Shown: one piece after another, positions 53,774 through 64,000 of the stretch
How positions within the stretch are numbered: position 1 is the stretch's first letter
How the letters are laid out: each line of letters opens with the position of its first letter
NCBI GenBank assembly: GCA_964188305.1
Contig: OZ076888.1
Length of the DNA stretch: 64,000 bases
DNA from: Podarcis bocagei
Taxonomy: Eukaryota
Reading direction: 5' to 3' (one strand)
Notes under the pieces: model-generated
Database searches by the model: none
What the model saw: the letters and a program-made list of their open reading frames with translations, nothing else
What the model was told of the DNA's origin: nothing
Made by a program: the position numbers and the translations under genes

Positions 53774-53968
53774 ATGGCTGGACCAGGCAGGCGAATCAGA
53801 ACACTCCCTACGGATCTGAATAAGGTTTGCCCTGATGAAGGAGATGGCTATCCTGTGTATCCTAGGAGCTACTATGACCTTGATGTGGTCCCTAATCTCA
53901 GACGAAGTAACAGCGCCTTTAGTAAGAACAAGAAGAGGGCTCACTTTAACTCTGGTGCCAATGAAAAG
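53774..53968 (+). CDS. TRPM2: TRPM2 first coding exon (MAGPGRRIRT...NLRRSNS...NEK)
   Basis: Strong Kozak acagccATGG, GTAAGT donor; NLRRSNS is shared with human TRPM2. Confidence 0.85.
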
Positions 53969-56900
53969 GTAAGTTAAATAAAAAGAAGTCATACATTGGA
54001 GGAGTAAACTAACATGGGGTGGAAATCATGAGTGCAAGTTGAAGCGAAAAAATAACCCCATCTTAAAGGGATAGCTTGGCTACAAGTTGAACTGTGTCCC
54101 TTAAAAGACCCCAAATTCTGCATTGTGCAAAAATGAATTTTATACAAATGATGCAAATTAGCACCTTTTTTGTAGCATTTTATTTTTTATCTGCTACTTT
54201 TTGGTGACTGCTCTGTTCCCAATATCACAGGAAAATCTCAGCACATGGATCCCTGAAAACATACGGAAAAAAGAATGTGTCTATTTTATTGAAGGTTCCC
54301 AAATGTCAGATTCTGGGTAAGTGCCTTGTTTTCACTTCTCACTTCATACACTTCTAACTCTGGCTTCTACCATTATTCACAATTATTTTCGCTGCACAGC
54401 GAAAGCAGTGATCCCTCTTGCTGTTCTGGCTTCTGGGATAACTGCGCAGCCTGCATTAACTCCATAAGATGCACACACATTTCCCCTTACTTTTTAGAAG
54501 GGAAAAAGTCAGTCTTATAGAGAAAAAAAATACGGTACTTAACCCGAGCTACCACTGTATAGAAAAATTAAATTAAATTTACATTTAAAATAAAACCCAA
54601 AATTTTAAAATTCAAACTCAGTAAAAGGACTATGCTGTGTAAATTGTGTTCAGTTGAGCTGAATGCATGTTTATATATAACGCTTAACGGCATTTGAGCT
54701 TCTCACATGCTTCATGTGTGTTTTGCTATGAATGCTGTTATGACAGAAATTCAGAAGAAAAACAGATATATATTATGTTTGTTCTAGGAACCAATTTAAA
54801 ACAAAACCAATTAGGGCTGTAATCCTATATGCACTTACTTAAGGATAAGCTCTACTGAACTCAGTGGGACTTACTTCTGAGTAGGCATGTATAGGATTGC
54901 ACTGTTAATCTTCATGCACAAAAGCTATCTTGAGTTGTATTTAGAGGATGGAATTGTCATCCTGTTAATACCTGTGGACCTATTCATGTCACCTAGCCAG
55001 GTTGTGGGGAGCAGCTGAGGCAAAAGTCACTTGGAAATGCTATGATTGATACCCCACAGCCCCTGGCAAAACCGATCATGCGCATTTGCTAGTATGGATG
55101 AAATTCAGCTGCTAGCATGTGCTAGCAAACGCTCCAAAATAGTGATGTTTGTAGTAGCTTGCCAAGAGATCAATACTTTGTCTACTAACGGGTGGACTGA
55201 AATCCAGTATGAAGAAGATTTTTGAGCAGTTATCATCATATGCTCTGTACACAAAACAGGTGGATCTAATGAAAGCTTATGCATCAGTGCATGTGCTAGT
55301 CTTTAAGGTGCCACAGGAGGAATCCAAAATTTTGAGAAAGGAAATGCAGTGAATTGTGAATTATGGAATGGTGAGACCTGGAGACCCTATGCTCCACTGT
55401 CATGGAAGGCTTAGAACAGGCATAGGCAACCTTTGGCCCTCCAGATGTTTTGGACTACAATTCCAACCATCCCTGACCAATGGTCCTGTTACCTAGGGAT
55501 CATGGGAGTTGAGGGCCAAAACATCTGGAGGGCCGAAGTTTGCCTATGCCTGGCTTAGAAGATATACCAGTCAGGAAGCTATAATTATTATTATTATTTA
55601 TTTGTCTCCAACAAGAATACAAGACCAATGGAAAACCTATTACTCCACGCAGGTCTCGGATTCAAGTAAGTCCAGTACGAACTACATAACGAAACTATCC
55701 GGAGGCCACCATCTCGTATCTGAACTTAGTGTTGCTTATGAAGAACAGTACAGCTTGAGTGCACTAAAATTTACTCCATTGCACAATGATTAAAGCCATA
55801 GAAGCTCTGTCCTGTAAGAAATTTGACAACTCTAGCAAAGCCAATTAATAGTCATTTCATTAATTGCTATAAGTATAACCCTCTGTTTTATTGTGGATCC
55901 AGCAGGCTGCTCTGAAAGGGCTACCAAGTAGCTTCTTAGATTCAATGGTCATGTTTTATTTCCCCCCAGGAAAGTAGTGTGTGAGTGTGGCTATCTCAGG
56001 GAGCAGCACTTGGAGGAAGCCATAAAGCCTGCCATGTTTCAGGGGAAAGAATGGGATCCCAGAAGACACGTCCAGGAAGTGCCAACAGATGCTTTTGGGG
56101 ATCTCAGCTTCACAACCGTGGGACAGAAAACAGGGAAGGTGAGTTAGCACATGCAAGGGACTGGAGCCTACTACTTCAACATGAGTAGTTAGCGTTCATA
56201 GCAGTTGAAAGTTGTGTAGGCCACAAGGATTTCTAGTAAGATTTGGAAGCTAAGAAGAGAGCATTGTTTATAAAGCTTGTAAGGGAAGTGGGTTAAAAAA
56301 ACACCCGCCAATTAAAATTTTGATTAAGTGTTCAGGCTGCAAGGGCAAGAATGAAAAGTAAGACACTGTAATCATACTCTGGGATTCTAACCTACTAGGT
56401 ATCCTTTAAATGTTATGGGGGCTCCAAGCTAGCCCCTATGCAACGAATATATCCTACTTTGTTGCTATAAATGATAAGTTGTGATAGTTGTGATAAGGGG
56501 AGCAACTGCTTCATGGCGGGGGCAACCCAGCCAGATGAGCAGGGTATTATTGTTTTTGTTAATAATCCCACAGCCATTCAGGCAAGACCAATTGCATGTG
56601 TCGCATTACAAAATTATAATCTTGACAGTATTGAAGGTGACAATTTAGTCCCATTCAGTTGAAATGCTTATGCACTGAATCAATATCTGAAGCAGCCCAC
56701 CCCCAAGGTAGTCCCACCCCCAGTGTCATTCATCATCTGTGCCTGATGTCTGCATATATGATGTCTGCATATATAGCTTGAATGTCTGCAGAGAGGAAGC
56801 TGTGCATGCAAATGTTCCCTCACTGCAGATGTTTGTTCTAAGTGCATGAACCTCAGGCTGAGGCAAGCTGGTGTGTGTGACATTGGGTGGCGGTACCAGT

Positions 56901-58876
56901 TCATGTAGATTCATCATGGAGCATTTCATCTGAATAGTGTTTTTTTGTGATAAGGGAAGCAACTGTCAGGAGTGGGGAGCCTGCTTCTGCATGTGGAGGC
57001 TCCCTGCATGAGGCAGAACATTTATTTCCTGTCACCCTTCAACTTACAGAGCGGGGTGGGGAGGGGAACACAGTTAGTGCACCTGTTTCCACAGCCTGCC
57101 ATTATGTGTTGTTTTTCCCAGCTCCCAAAATGTCCAGAAATAGAGCTTTCATAGCATAGATACTGGGAATTATTAACATTAGGCAGGTACTGTACTATTT
57201 TAGATGTCTGATAAAAACTTCTTTATTTTATTTTAGCAAGCCTAGCCAGACACATAATTTATTCATGTACACTTGTTTTTAATATTTGCTGAATTTATCA
57301 GTGCTACATTGATAATTTTTATGTGCATTGCTTGGAGATTTTTATCAAGTGGTTTATATTCTCTAATAAATAATAAGTGGAACAATAAGAAGAGTTGTCT
57401 CTGAGTGAAAAAGAACCTCTTTGTAGCTTGAAATAGATTTCTGCCCCCCCCCCAAGTCACAGAAGATATTCTCTACATTGTCTTTGTGACTTCCTATTCC
57501 ACTCAGACACAAAGCTTTGAGAATATGCTTCTGATTCACAAGACTCCTTGGATGCTTGAATTAAATGGGAGGGCCTGTGGAGAGCCTGGAACTCTTACGA
57601 TATTGGCCATAGTTGCTAGAATCAGAGAATAGCTTTCTCATACCATCTGTGCTTTATTTGCTTTATTCTCCTGTTGCAGTTTGTGCGTGTCTCCTCTAAT
57701 ACCCACCCAAGCGTAATTTACCAGCTGATGACGCAGCACTGGGGACTTGATATACCCAACCTCTTAATATCTGTGACAGGAGGAGCTAAAAACTTCAACA
57801 TGAAGCTGAGACTGAAAAACATATTCCGGAGGGGGCTTGTTAAAGTAGCGCAGACAACAGGTAAGGCAGAATCCTGCTCCAAAGCCACCAATAAAGGACA
57901 CATTCCTGTATTGTTTCTCTGTTTCTTTATGTAATATTGTTACCTGCTCCCTCACTTCTCCAGATGGTAAGAGGGTTACAAGGAAGCAGCACCTACTCAG
58001 GTTTCGTTTCATATGGAAAGAAAGCACTGGAAGCTTACTGGTGTTTTGTAATATTTGTATTTATTCACAAATATACAAGTTGCACTTCAGTGGAGATACA
58101 GCATCAAGTACACCAACTGACACCCCCAACAAAGTTCACCACATCCACATCAAGTCTTGCAGCACCTTTAGAGGTCCAGAAGTCCAAAATCTATCCTTTT
58201 TCTCTGATTCTATCTGCCTCAAGCTGCTATGTGTAGGGATGTGTGCTATGGACATATCATTCAGATTTTTGCTAGCCATTGATAAAGTTTGCCATTAAGA
58301 ACCAATAGCTAGGATTGTCATATTTCAAAAAGTGAAAATCTAGACACAAAAGTTGTTGAGCTGTTTTTCTAAATAAAAAAATTGAAGTTTTTAGGAAAAT
58401 CACCAAAAAACCCCAACACTTCTGCCATACACCCAGGATTTTTCAGACTTTTCAGCTGCTTTCTAAAAATTCCGCCTGGACACCACACCATTTTTGACAG
58501 ACAAATGCCAGATGTATGGCAGGCCTAAGGTAATCTCCATTTTTTAAAATGGGGGTTTTGCTGTGCAAAATGTATCTTAACCAGTGTGACCATTTTAGCA
58601 GCCTCTTCTAACAACTATAGAAACCTAAAGATGGAAGGGACACAAAGAGACCACCCAGCCCAATCCCTAATCTGATAACAATATTTTGACCTCTTCTTTC
58701 AATCATTAGTAATCAGATGGACCCCTGAGGTGGTTTTCAATCATTAAGAAGTAATAAAACCTAAAATAAAATTCCCAACAAAAATAGATCAGAAAGCTAA
58801 AATGAGAGCCAGTAAAAAGACTTCATAGCAGTAGGGAACAAACACTCAACTCCACCAGACTAAATGGCTGGCAGGG

Positions 58877-58911
<35 letters not shown>

Positions 58912-61900
58912 TAAAAAAATAATGGAAGTATTGCTCCCTAATTGTGAACAAAGATTCAGATATGAAGCAGCTGGCCTTAATCCAGTCATGTTTTTTGTTT
59001 CCCAGGTGCCTGGATCATCACTGGTGGTTCTCATGCTGGCGTGATGAAGCAAGTTGGAGAAGCAGTACGGGACTTCAGCATGAGCAGCAACTATAAAGGA
59101 GAGATTATCACCATTGGCATTGCAACATGGGGGACAGTACACAACCGGAGTAGCCTCATCTGCCCTATGGTGAGCCATTTTCAGGCTGTTCTACTAGAAG
59201 AATAGGATGCTTACAGCTCAATCCCACACATGTCATATTTAATGTCAATCTAATTTGCATTTAAGCTTCTGCTGAAAAAAGAAAAGAAAGGAAGCAGGTG
59301 AAATTAACAGGTGTATAGGATCACATGTGCACTGCAAAAAGAAGTTTGTTTTTTGTTTTGTTAAGACTTTGATGACAGATGAAGAAGGATGAGCAATAAG
59401 TTATAAGTTATAAATGCAAACCAATCATATACAAGTACAATTCATTATAATGGTACTGCGTTATAAATACAGACCAATCATATACAAGTACCATTTCTTG
59501 GGGAGTGGAAAGTTTTGTGTTTTAACACCCTGCAGATCCTACTGCTACCTCACCAAATAAGAAAAGTAAGCACCATTTGTAGTGTTTGTTTTGGTACTAG
59601 AAAAAGACCTCAACATGCCCACTTTCAAAAAACATGCCACATTTTCTAAAGATAAGGCATTCCTCTACAGGAAGATTTTAGTGAAGCATGTTATGCAAAC
59701 CCAAGGAAGAGTTAGAGCCCCAATAATTAAGTCCTTTGTTGGTTTCTGACCACTTCCCCCCCCCAACCCCTGGATGTTTACAGGGTAGCTTCCCAGCTGA
59801 ATATGTCCTGGATGAGGAGACTCAAGGGAACCTCTCTTGCCTGGACAGTAATCACTCACACTTCATCCTAGTGGATGATGGGACACATGGGAAATATGGT
59901 GTGGAGATCCCCTTGAGGACCAGACTTGAGAAGTTCATTTCGGAGCAAACGAAGGTGAAAGAAGGTAATTGTGATGCAGTATACAGGGTATCTCATTACT
60001 GATAAAAATCTGATGTGCAGTCTGAGCCCTTCCCTCCTCTAAGGCTTGTTTGGCTTGGAATTCATTTATGTCAGCCAGGCCAATGATGAAGAACTTGTTT
60101 CAGATTCTGTTGGACTTCAGCTCCCATCAGCTCCATTCAGCATGGCCAATAGCCAGGTTGGTTGGTGTTAAATTGATTACCCGCCCTTCATTATAGGTCC
60201 CTGGGTGGGTTTCAGTTATTTAAAATTCAGAATTAAAAACAGTTGAAACGTATTACATTTACAGGAATAGGTTCAATATAAGTTTTAAGCCCATCAACAC
60301 CTGGAGGACCAAAGGTTCCCTCTTTGTAGGCTTCTGTATTAGGCCTTGATGATGTCAGGTGGAGAGTGGAGAGACCATGAAATATCAGGACATTATTTGC
60401 TAAGGTAAAGTGCCAAAAGACTTGAATCCTGGAATCAACATCCATATAATAGGGGCACTGTTGTTAGAGATGGGAGGGAAGAACAGTTGTTTCTTTAGAT
60501 TTGGATGTTGCTTCCAGTGGTATGCAATTTCTTCCATTTGGTACTGCAGTCTTGAATATACTAGTTCAGTGTTTTTGATGCCAAGATGTTGTCAAGTGAT
60601 ATTGCTCAGCACATGCTTTGCGTTCTAAAGGTCCCATGTTCAATCCTTGGCATCTCCAGATAAAAGTGGGAATGATTGTTTTCTGAAGAAAGTCTGAATG
60701 CTGTTGTTGGTCAGTGTACAGTTGTGAGCTTGATGGTCTGACTTTGTCTAAGGCAGCTCCTATGTTCCTAGTTGTGACAGCATAAATGGCTAGACTTGTG
60801 ACATGGTGGAATGCAGGGCAAGCGAAGGGAGGGGCACAGAATGATGGGAAAGGGCAAGTGGGAAAAAGAAGTTGGTGACAGTTGGACCTGAAGAGAGAAC
60901 TGAGGAAGGTGGAAGAAAATGAATAGCCACCAGAAATTGAGGAATTATAAAGACCTGATCTAAGAAATACATGTGTTATTGAGATATATCAATTCTAATG
61001 GATTCTCAGGTCTCAAAAATCAGTGCGAAAATGACCTCCATGAAGAACTTGAGTAAAACAATGGGATTCCCTGTGGCAATGTATGCCTCTCAGGTCAACC
61101 TCAGCTGATATCCATGAAACCCAAAATGGAATTCCTACACACATGGTTTTATATCAAAGTCTGATTAGCTAAGGTAACAGGGTGAGACAACGGCTTTGCA
61201 CTGGAGAAGCTGCTGGCATAAGGGTACATACTGGCAGTTGTGATGAACTGCCCTCCAGGGAGCAGGTTCTTAAGTGAGCCAAATTATGTTTGTGAGTATA
61301 AATTCAAATATTGGATTTATTTATTTTATTAAAATTTATATACTGCCCGATTGTAGGGGAAAAAAACTCCAAAGAATGACTTTATGCTAGTTGCTGACTA
61401 TTAGGCAGAAATGGAAAAATGCTAAGGGTGTTGCCTTGGAAGGGTAGTAGGCAAAGTTGTGGTTTGCGGCAGCCATGCTGACTCATCATATTCATGTTAT
61501 TGGGGTGAATCCCAACCAGAATCTGACTTTACAATTTAACATGGTTTTATTTTCTATATGAGCAATAAAACAAGAGCTGCAAAGTATAAGAGGAGGTGGA
61601 GGTTTTCATAACAAACAAACAAAATACAAATATGTTTTTGCACAAGTTTTCTGCTGTTGCTGTATCCTGTTATTACTTTTTATAGGATTGTATATTGGCC
61701 TTTTATCACTCCTATTGTATGTTGCCCTGATACTTTTCCCTAAAAATCATTTAAACAAAATAAGCAAAGGGACTGACTGCAAGCGACAAACAACTGATAC
61801 CATAGTGAGTAAGTAACCAATGGTGGCTTAACGCTGGCTTATTTGTGTGATGATGGTTGTGTTTGTTCATCATCATTAGAAATGTTAATTATGTAGCTGC

Positions 61901-63198
61901 TATTAATTTATTTCTCTTGTTATTTTAGATAAATATTGTTCATTTTAACTGGATTCAAAGGTAACTGCCAATGGGCATCAGCAAGAAGGGAAAGAATAAC
62001 TAGCTTTCTGCACATGGGACTGACTGAGCCTTTATTTCCTTACAGGAGTTGCCATTAAAATACCAATCGTTTGTGTAGTACTCGAGGGTGGCCCTGGGAC
62101 TCTTGATGTAAGTACTCTACAGGCATCAGGGCAACTAATTATGGGGAAAGAAGTTGGAGAATTCAGAAATTGTTAACACCTGGATATTTCTCTCTCAGAG
62201 CACAGTGTGCCTCAATCACATAGTAACCACTTTTGTGGTGTCTGTGTGACATTGCAGAAACACATCTAGTTGTAAGTACAAAGCAGGAACTGGCTGTGCG
62301 GGCACAGAGAGTTCTGACTTGTACATTTCAAGCCCTTTTAACTCACACATAACAAAGCGATTCTGCATAGCAGAAGATATGAGAGTATGCCTTAGCTGTA
62401 AACAATGAGAATCGCTCTAAAACTGTTGAAACCTGGTCAACATGCTGATCAGCAGAATGAAGTGGCAGAGCAAGGTGGAATTCTGAACTACATCACTTAC
62501 GACAGCAGATGGGAGAATTGTGTTTTTAAACTTTCACATAAGAAGTTCTCTATACTACTCCTTAATCCCAGATATGCTCCATAGATTACAACAGCATACA
62601 AGGAGCATATATATTCCGAAATATGATCTCCCACCTGTGCCATGTGATATGATACAGTTCAGAATTCCAAGATGTCATTCTACAAGCTTAACCAATTCAT
62701 AAATTGATTCTGAACTTAGTGGCAATATCAAAGTGATGTCCATGAGATAGCACCAGCTCAAATGCAGTCATGCTCCTGTATTCTGTTCTACAGACCATCT
62801 ACAATGCAATTACCAATGGCACCCCCTGTGTGATTGTGGAAGGCTCAGGACGGGTGGCTGATGTCATTGCTCAAGTGGCTAATCTGCCCATCTCCCAAAT
62901 AAGCATCTCCCTCATTCAGAAAAAACTGAGCATATTCTTCAAAGAGAGTTATGAGCAGTTTACTGAGAATAAGATTGTGGAATGGACCAAAAAGGTAAGG
63001 CAAATGGTCTCTGTGCAGCTTTTACTGGGTTTTGTTGGTGAAGTTGCAGTCATGAGCTAGGACCTTCAGTCCTACCTTTTCTTTGGCATTTGCAGATCCA
63101 GGATATTGTGCGCAACAGGCAGCTCTTGACCATCTTCAGGGAAGGCAAAGATGGACAACAGGATGTCGATGTAGCCATTCTTCAAGCAATGCTCAAAG
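53774..63198 (+). CDS. TRPM2: TRPM2 cation channel, first 9 coding exons (N-terminus, MHR1/2, start of MHR3); 3' end outside window
   Basis: Exons join in frame (1342 nt). WIPENIRKKECVYF, PTDAFGD, PNLLISVTGGAKNF, AWIITGG, LDSNHSHFILVDDGTHG, VLEGGPGT, GSGRVAD, IQDIVRNRQLL. Synteny with CFAP410. Confidence 0.96.
54231..54316 (+). CDS. TRPM2: TRPM2 coding exon 2 (ENLSTWIPENIRKKECVYFIEGSQMSDS)
   Basis: cacAG / GTAAGT, 86 nt. Confidence 0.94.
54460..54560. mobile_element. Juxtaposed right ends of two Tc1/mariner-type elements (Tc2-like ...aaaatacggTA and Tigger-like ...taccactgTA)
   Basis: Terminal motifs only; left ends not identified. Confidence 0.45.
54812..54905. repeat. Short palindromic repeat (possibly a Harbinger-type MITE); related copies near 36285-36520, 51960-52030, 52568-52652
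   Basis: aatcctat...ataggattgca fold-back flanked by TTA. Confidence 0.5.
55417..55552. mobile_element. hAT MITE
   Basis: TIR CAGGCATAGGCAA, perfect 8-bp TSD GCTTAGAA (55409-16, 55553-60). Confidence 0.9.
55970..56138 (+). CDS. TRPM2: TRPM2 coding exon 3 (KVVCECGYLREQH...PTDAFGD...TGK)
   Basis: cccAG / GTGAGT, 169 nt. Confidence 0.95.
57680..57860 (+). CDS. TRPM2: TRPM2 coding exon 4 (FVRVSSNT...VAQTT)
   Basis: tgcAG / GTAAGG, 181 nt. Confidence 0.95.
58878..58912. repeat. (TTA)n microsatellite
   Basis: Direct reading. Confidence 0.9.
59006..59169 (+). CDS. TRPM2: TRPM2 coding exon 5 (AWIITGGSHAGVMKQVGEAVRD...LICPM)
   Basis: cccAG / GTGAGC, 164 nt. Confidence 0.95.
59784..59964 (+). CDS. 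TRPM2: TRPM2 coding exon 6 (GSFPAEYVLDE...HFILVDDGTHGKYGVEIPLRTRLE...VKE)
   Basis: tacAG / GTAATT, 181 nt. Confidence 0.95.
62046..62107 (+). CDS. TRPM2: TRPM2 coding exon 7 (VAIKIPIVCVVLEGGPGTLD)
   Basis: tacAG / GTAAGT, 62 nt. Confidence 0.95.
62794..62994 (+). CDS. TRPM2: TRPM2 coding exon 8 (TIYNAITNGTPCVIVEGSGRVAD...EWTKK)
   Basis: tacAG / GTAAGG, 201 nt. Confidence 0.95.
63096..63198 (+). CDS. TRPM2: TRPM2 coding exon 9 (IQDIVRNRQLLTIFREGKDGQQDVDVAILQAMLK)
   Basis: tgcAG / GTGAGA, 103 nt, after a 101-nt intron. Confidence 0.95.
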
Positions 63199-64000
63199 GT
63201 GAGAAGTGCAGTGGGTGTTGCAGATGAGCTACAGAGATCAGTAAGTGAAACTGTTTCTTTTAGGACATCCCCTTGTGTTGGAATGTGGTATTGCTTCAGA
63301 ATGCAGCACAAGACAGTACTGTACTGTAGAAACTTTTGTGTGTCATAATTTATACTTCACTTACCTTAAGGGATTTGTTTCCATGGAAGTGGAGGCACAG
63401 CAAGGACACCTGATCACCATATGCAGTGAGCAAAATACTGTTGGAGAGAGAGGCTTGGAAGAGAGATTCCTACTCTCCAGTAGCAGAGTTAAACACAATG
63501 GTGATTGTTCAAAGAACTTTAAAACTTGGTTAGGTTTGCATCTACCCTCATCCACCTTTAAAGAATGTTCCCCATTAAAATACTTAGGCTAGAATAAAAT
63601 CAGAGAAACTTAGCTTTGCAAATAAGTGATTTTTTTTTTACTTAAGAAATTCTCAGAAGTTACAGCAAACAAATTTCCATCTTCTGGCAGTAAAACAAAG
63701 ATGAAAAGGTTCCAAACAACTTTACAAAGAAAAGTACTTTGTTTCCTTACAAAGGGAATCATGCAATCTTTGGGTTTGCAAAGATGCAGGTTTTAAAATC
63801 TCACTTTTTAAAGAGATTCAGTTCACTTACAGGATCAGCTGAGTGGGGAGCCAAAGCTACATGGCTCCTTCTTTGCTTGTTCTAGGAAGCATTAAGGGGG
63901 GAAAGGAGGGGGGCAGAGGCTGCTGACAGCCTGCTAAGCCACCTTCACTGGCAACCTGAGCTCAGGTTAACCCTTTCACACATGGAAGTGGGAGTCAGTA

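Overview
Eukaryotic genomic DNA from a squamate, most likely a lacertid lizard (judged from a Sauria SINE and the CR1/L2/hAT repeat landscape). It carries the conserved vertebrate gene block PFKL(+) - CFAP410/C21orf2(-) - TRPM2(+). I reconstructed the exons by hand from splice signals and translation. PFKL: coding exons 3-22 (2093-32781, 727 aa in window; exons 1-2 lie upstream), including one GC-AG intron. CFAP410: complete 7-exon CDS (46700-39096, 257 aa), starting in a CpG island. TRPM2: first 9 coding exons (53774-63198, MHR1/2 to the start of MHR3; the gene continues past the window). Introns and intergenic DNA hold SINEs, CR1, L2-like and Rex1/Babar-like LINE fragments, and hAT and Tigger/pogo-like MITEs, several nested or with intact target-site duplications. 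No CRISPR array, rRNA or true tRNA gene is present, and I cannot support a new multi-gene system. The best leads are a 76-bp templated-insertion scar that copies a splice donor into CFAP410 intron 3, an upstream in-frame ATG for CFAP410, a candidate TRPM2 5' exon/promoter, splice-signal clusters in PFKL intron 3, and long fold-back MITEs inside the PFKL pre-mRNA. Exon numbering follows the human orthologues from memory. Repeat family names come from motif recognition, not database searches.
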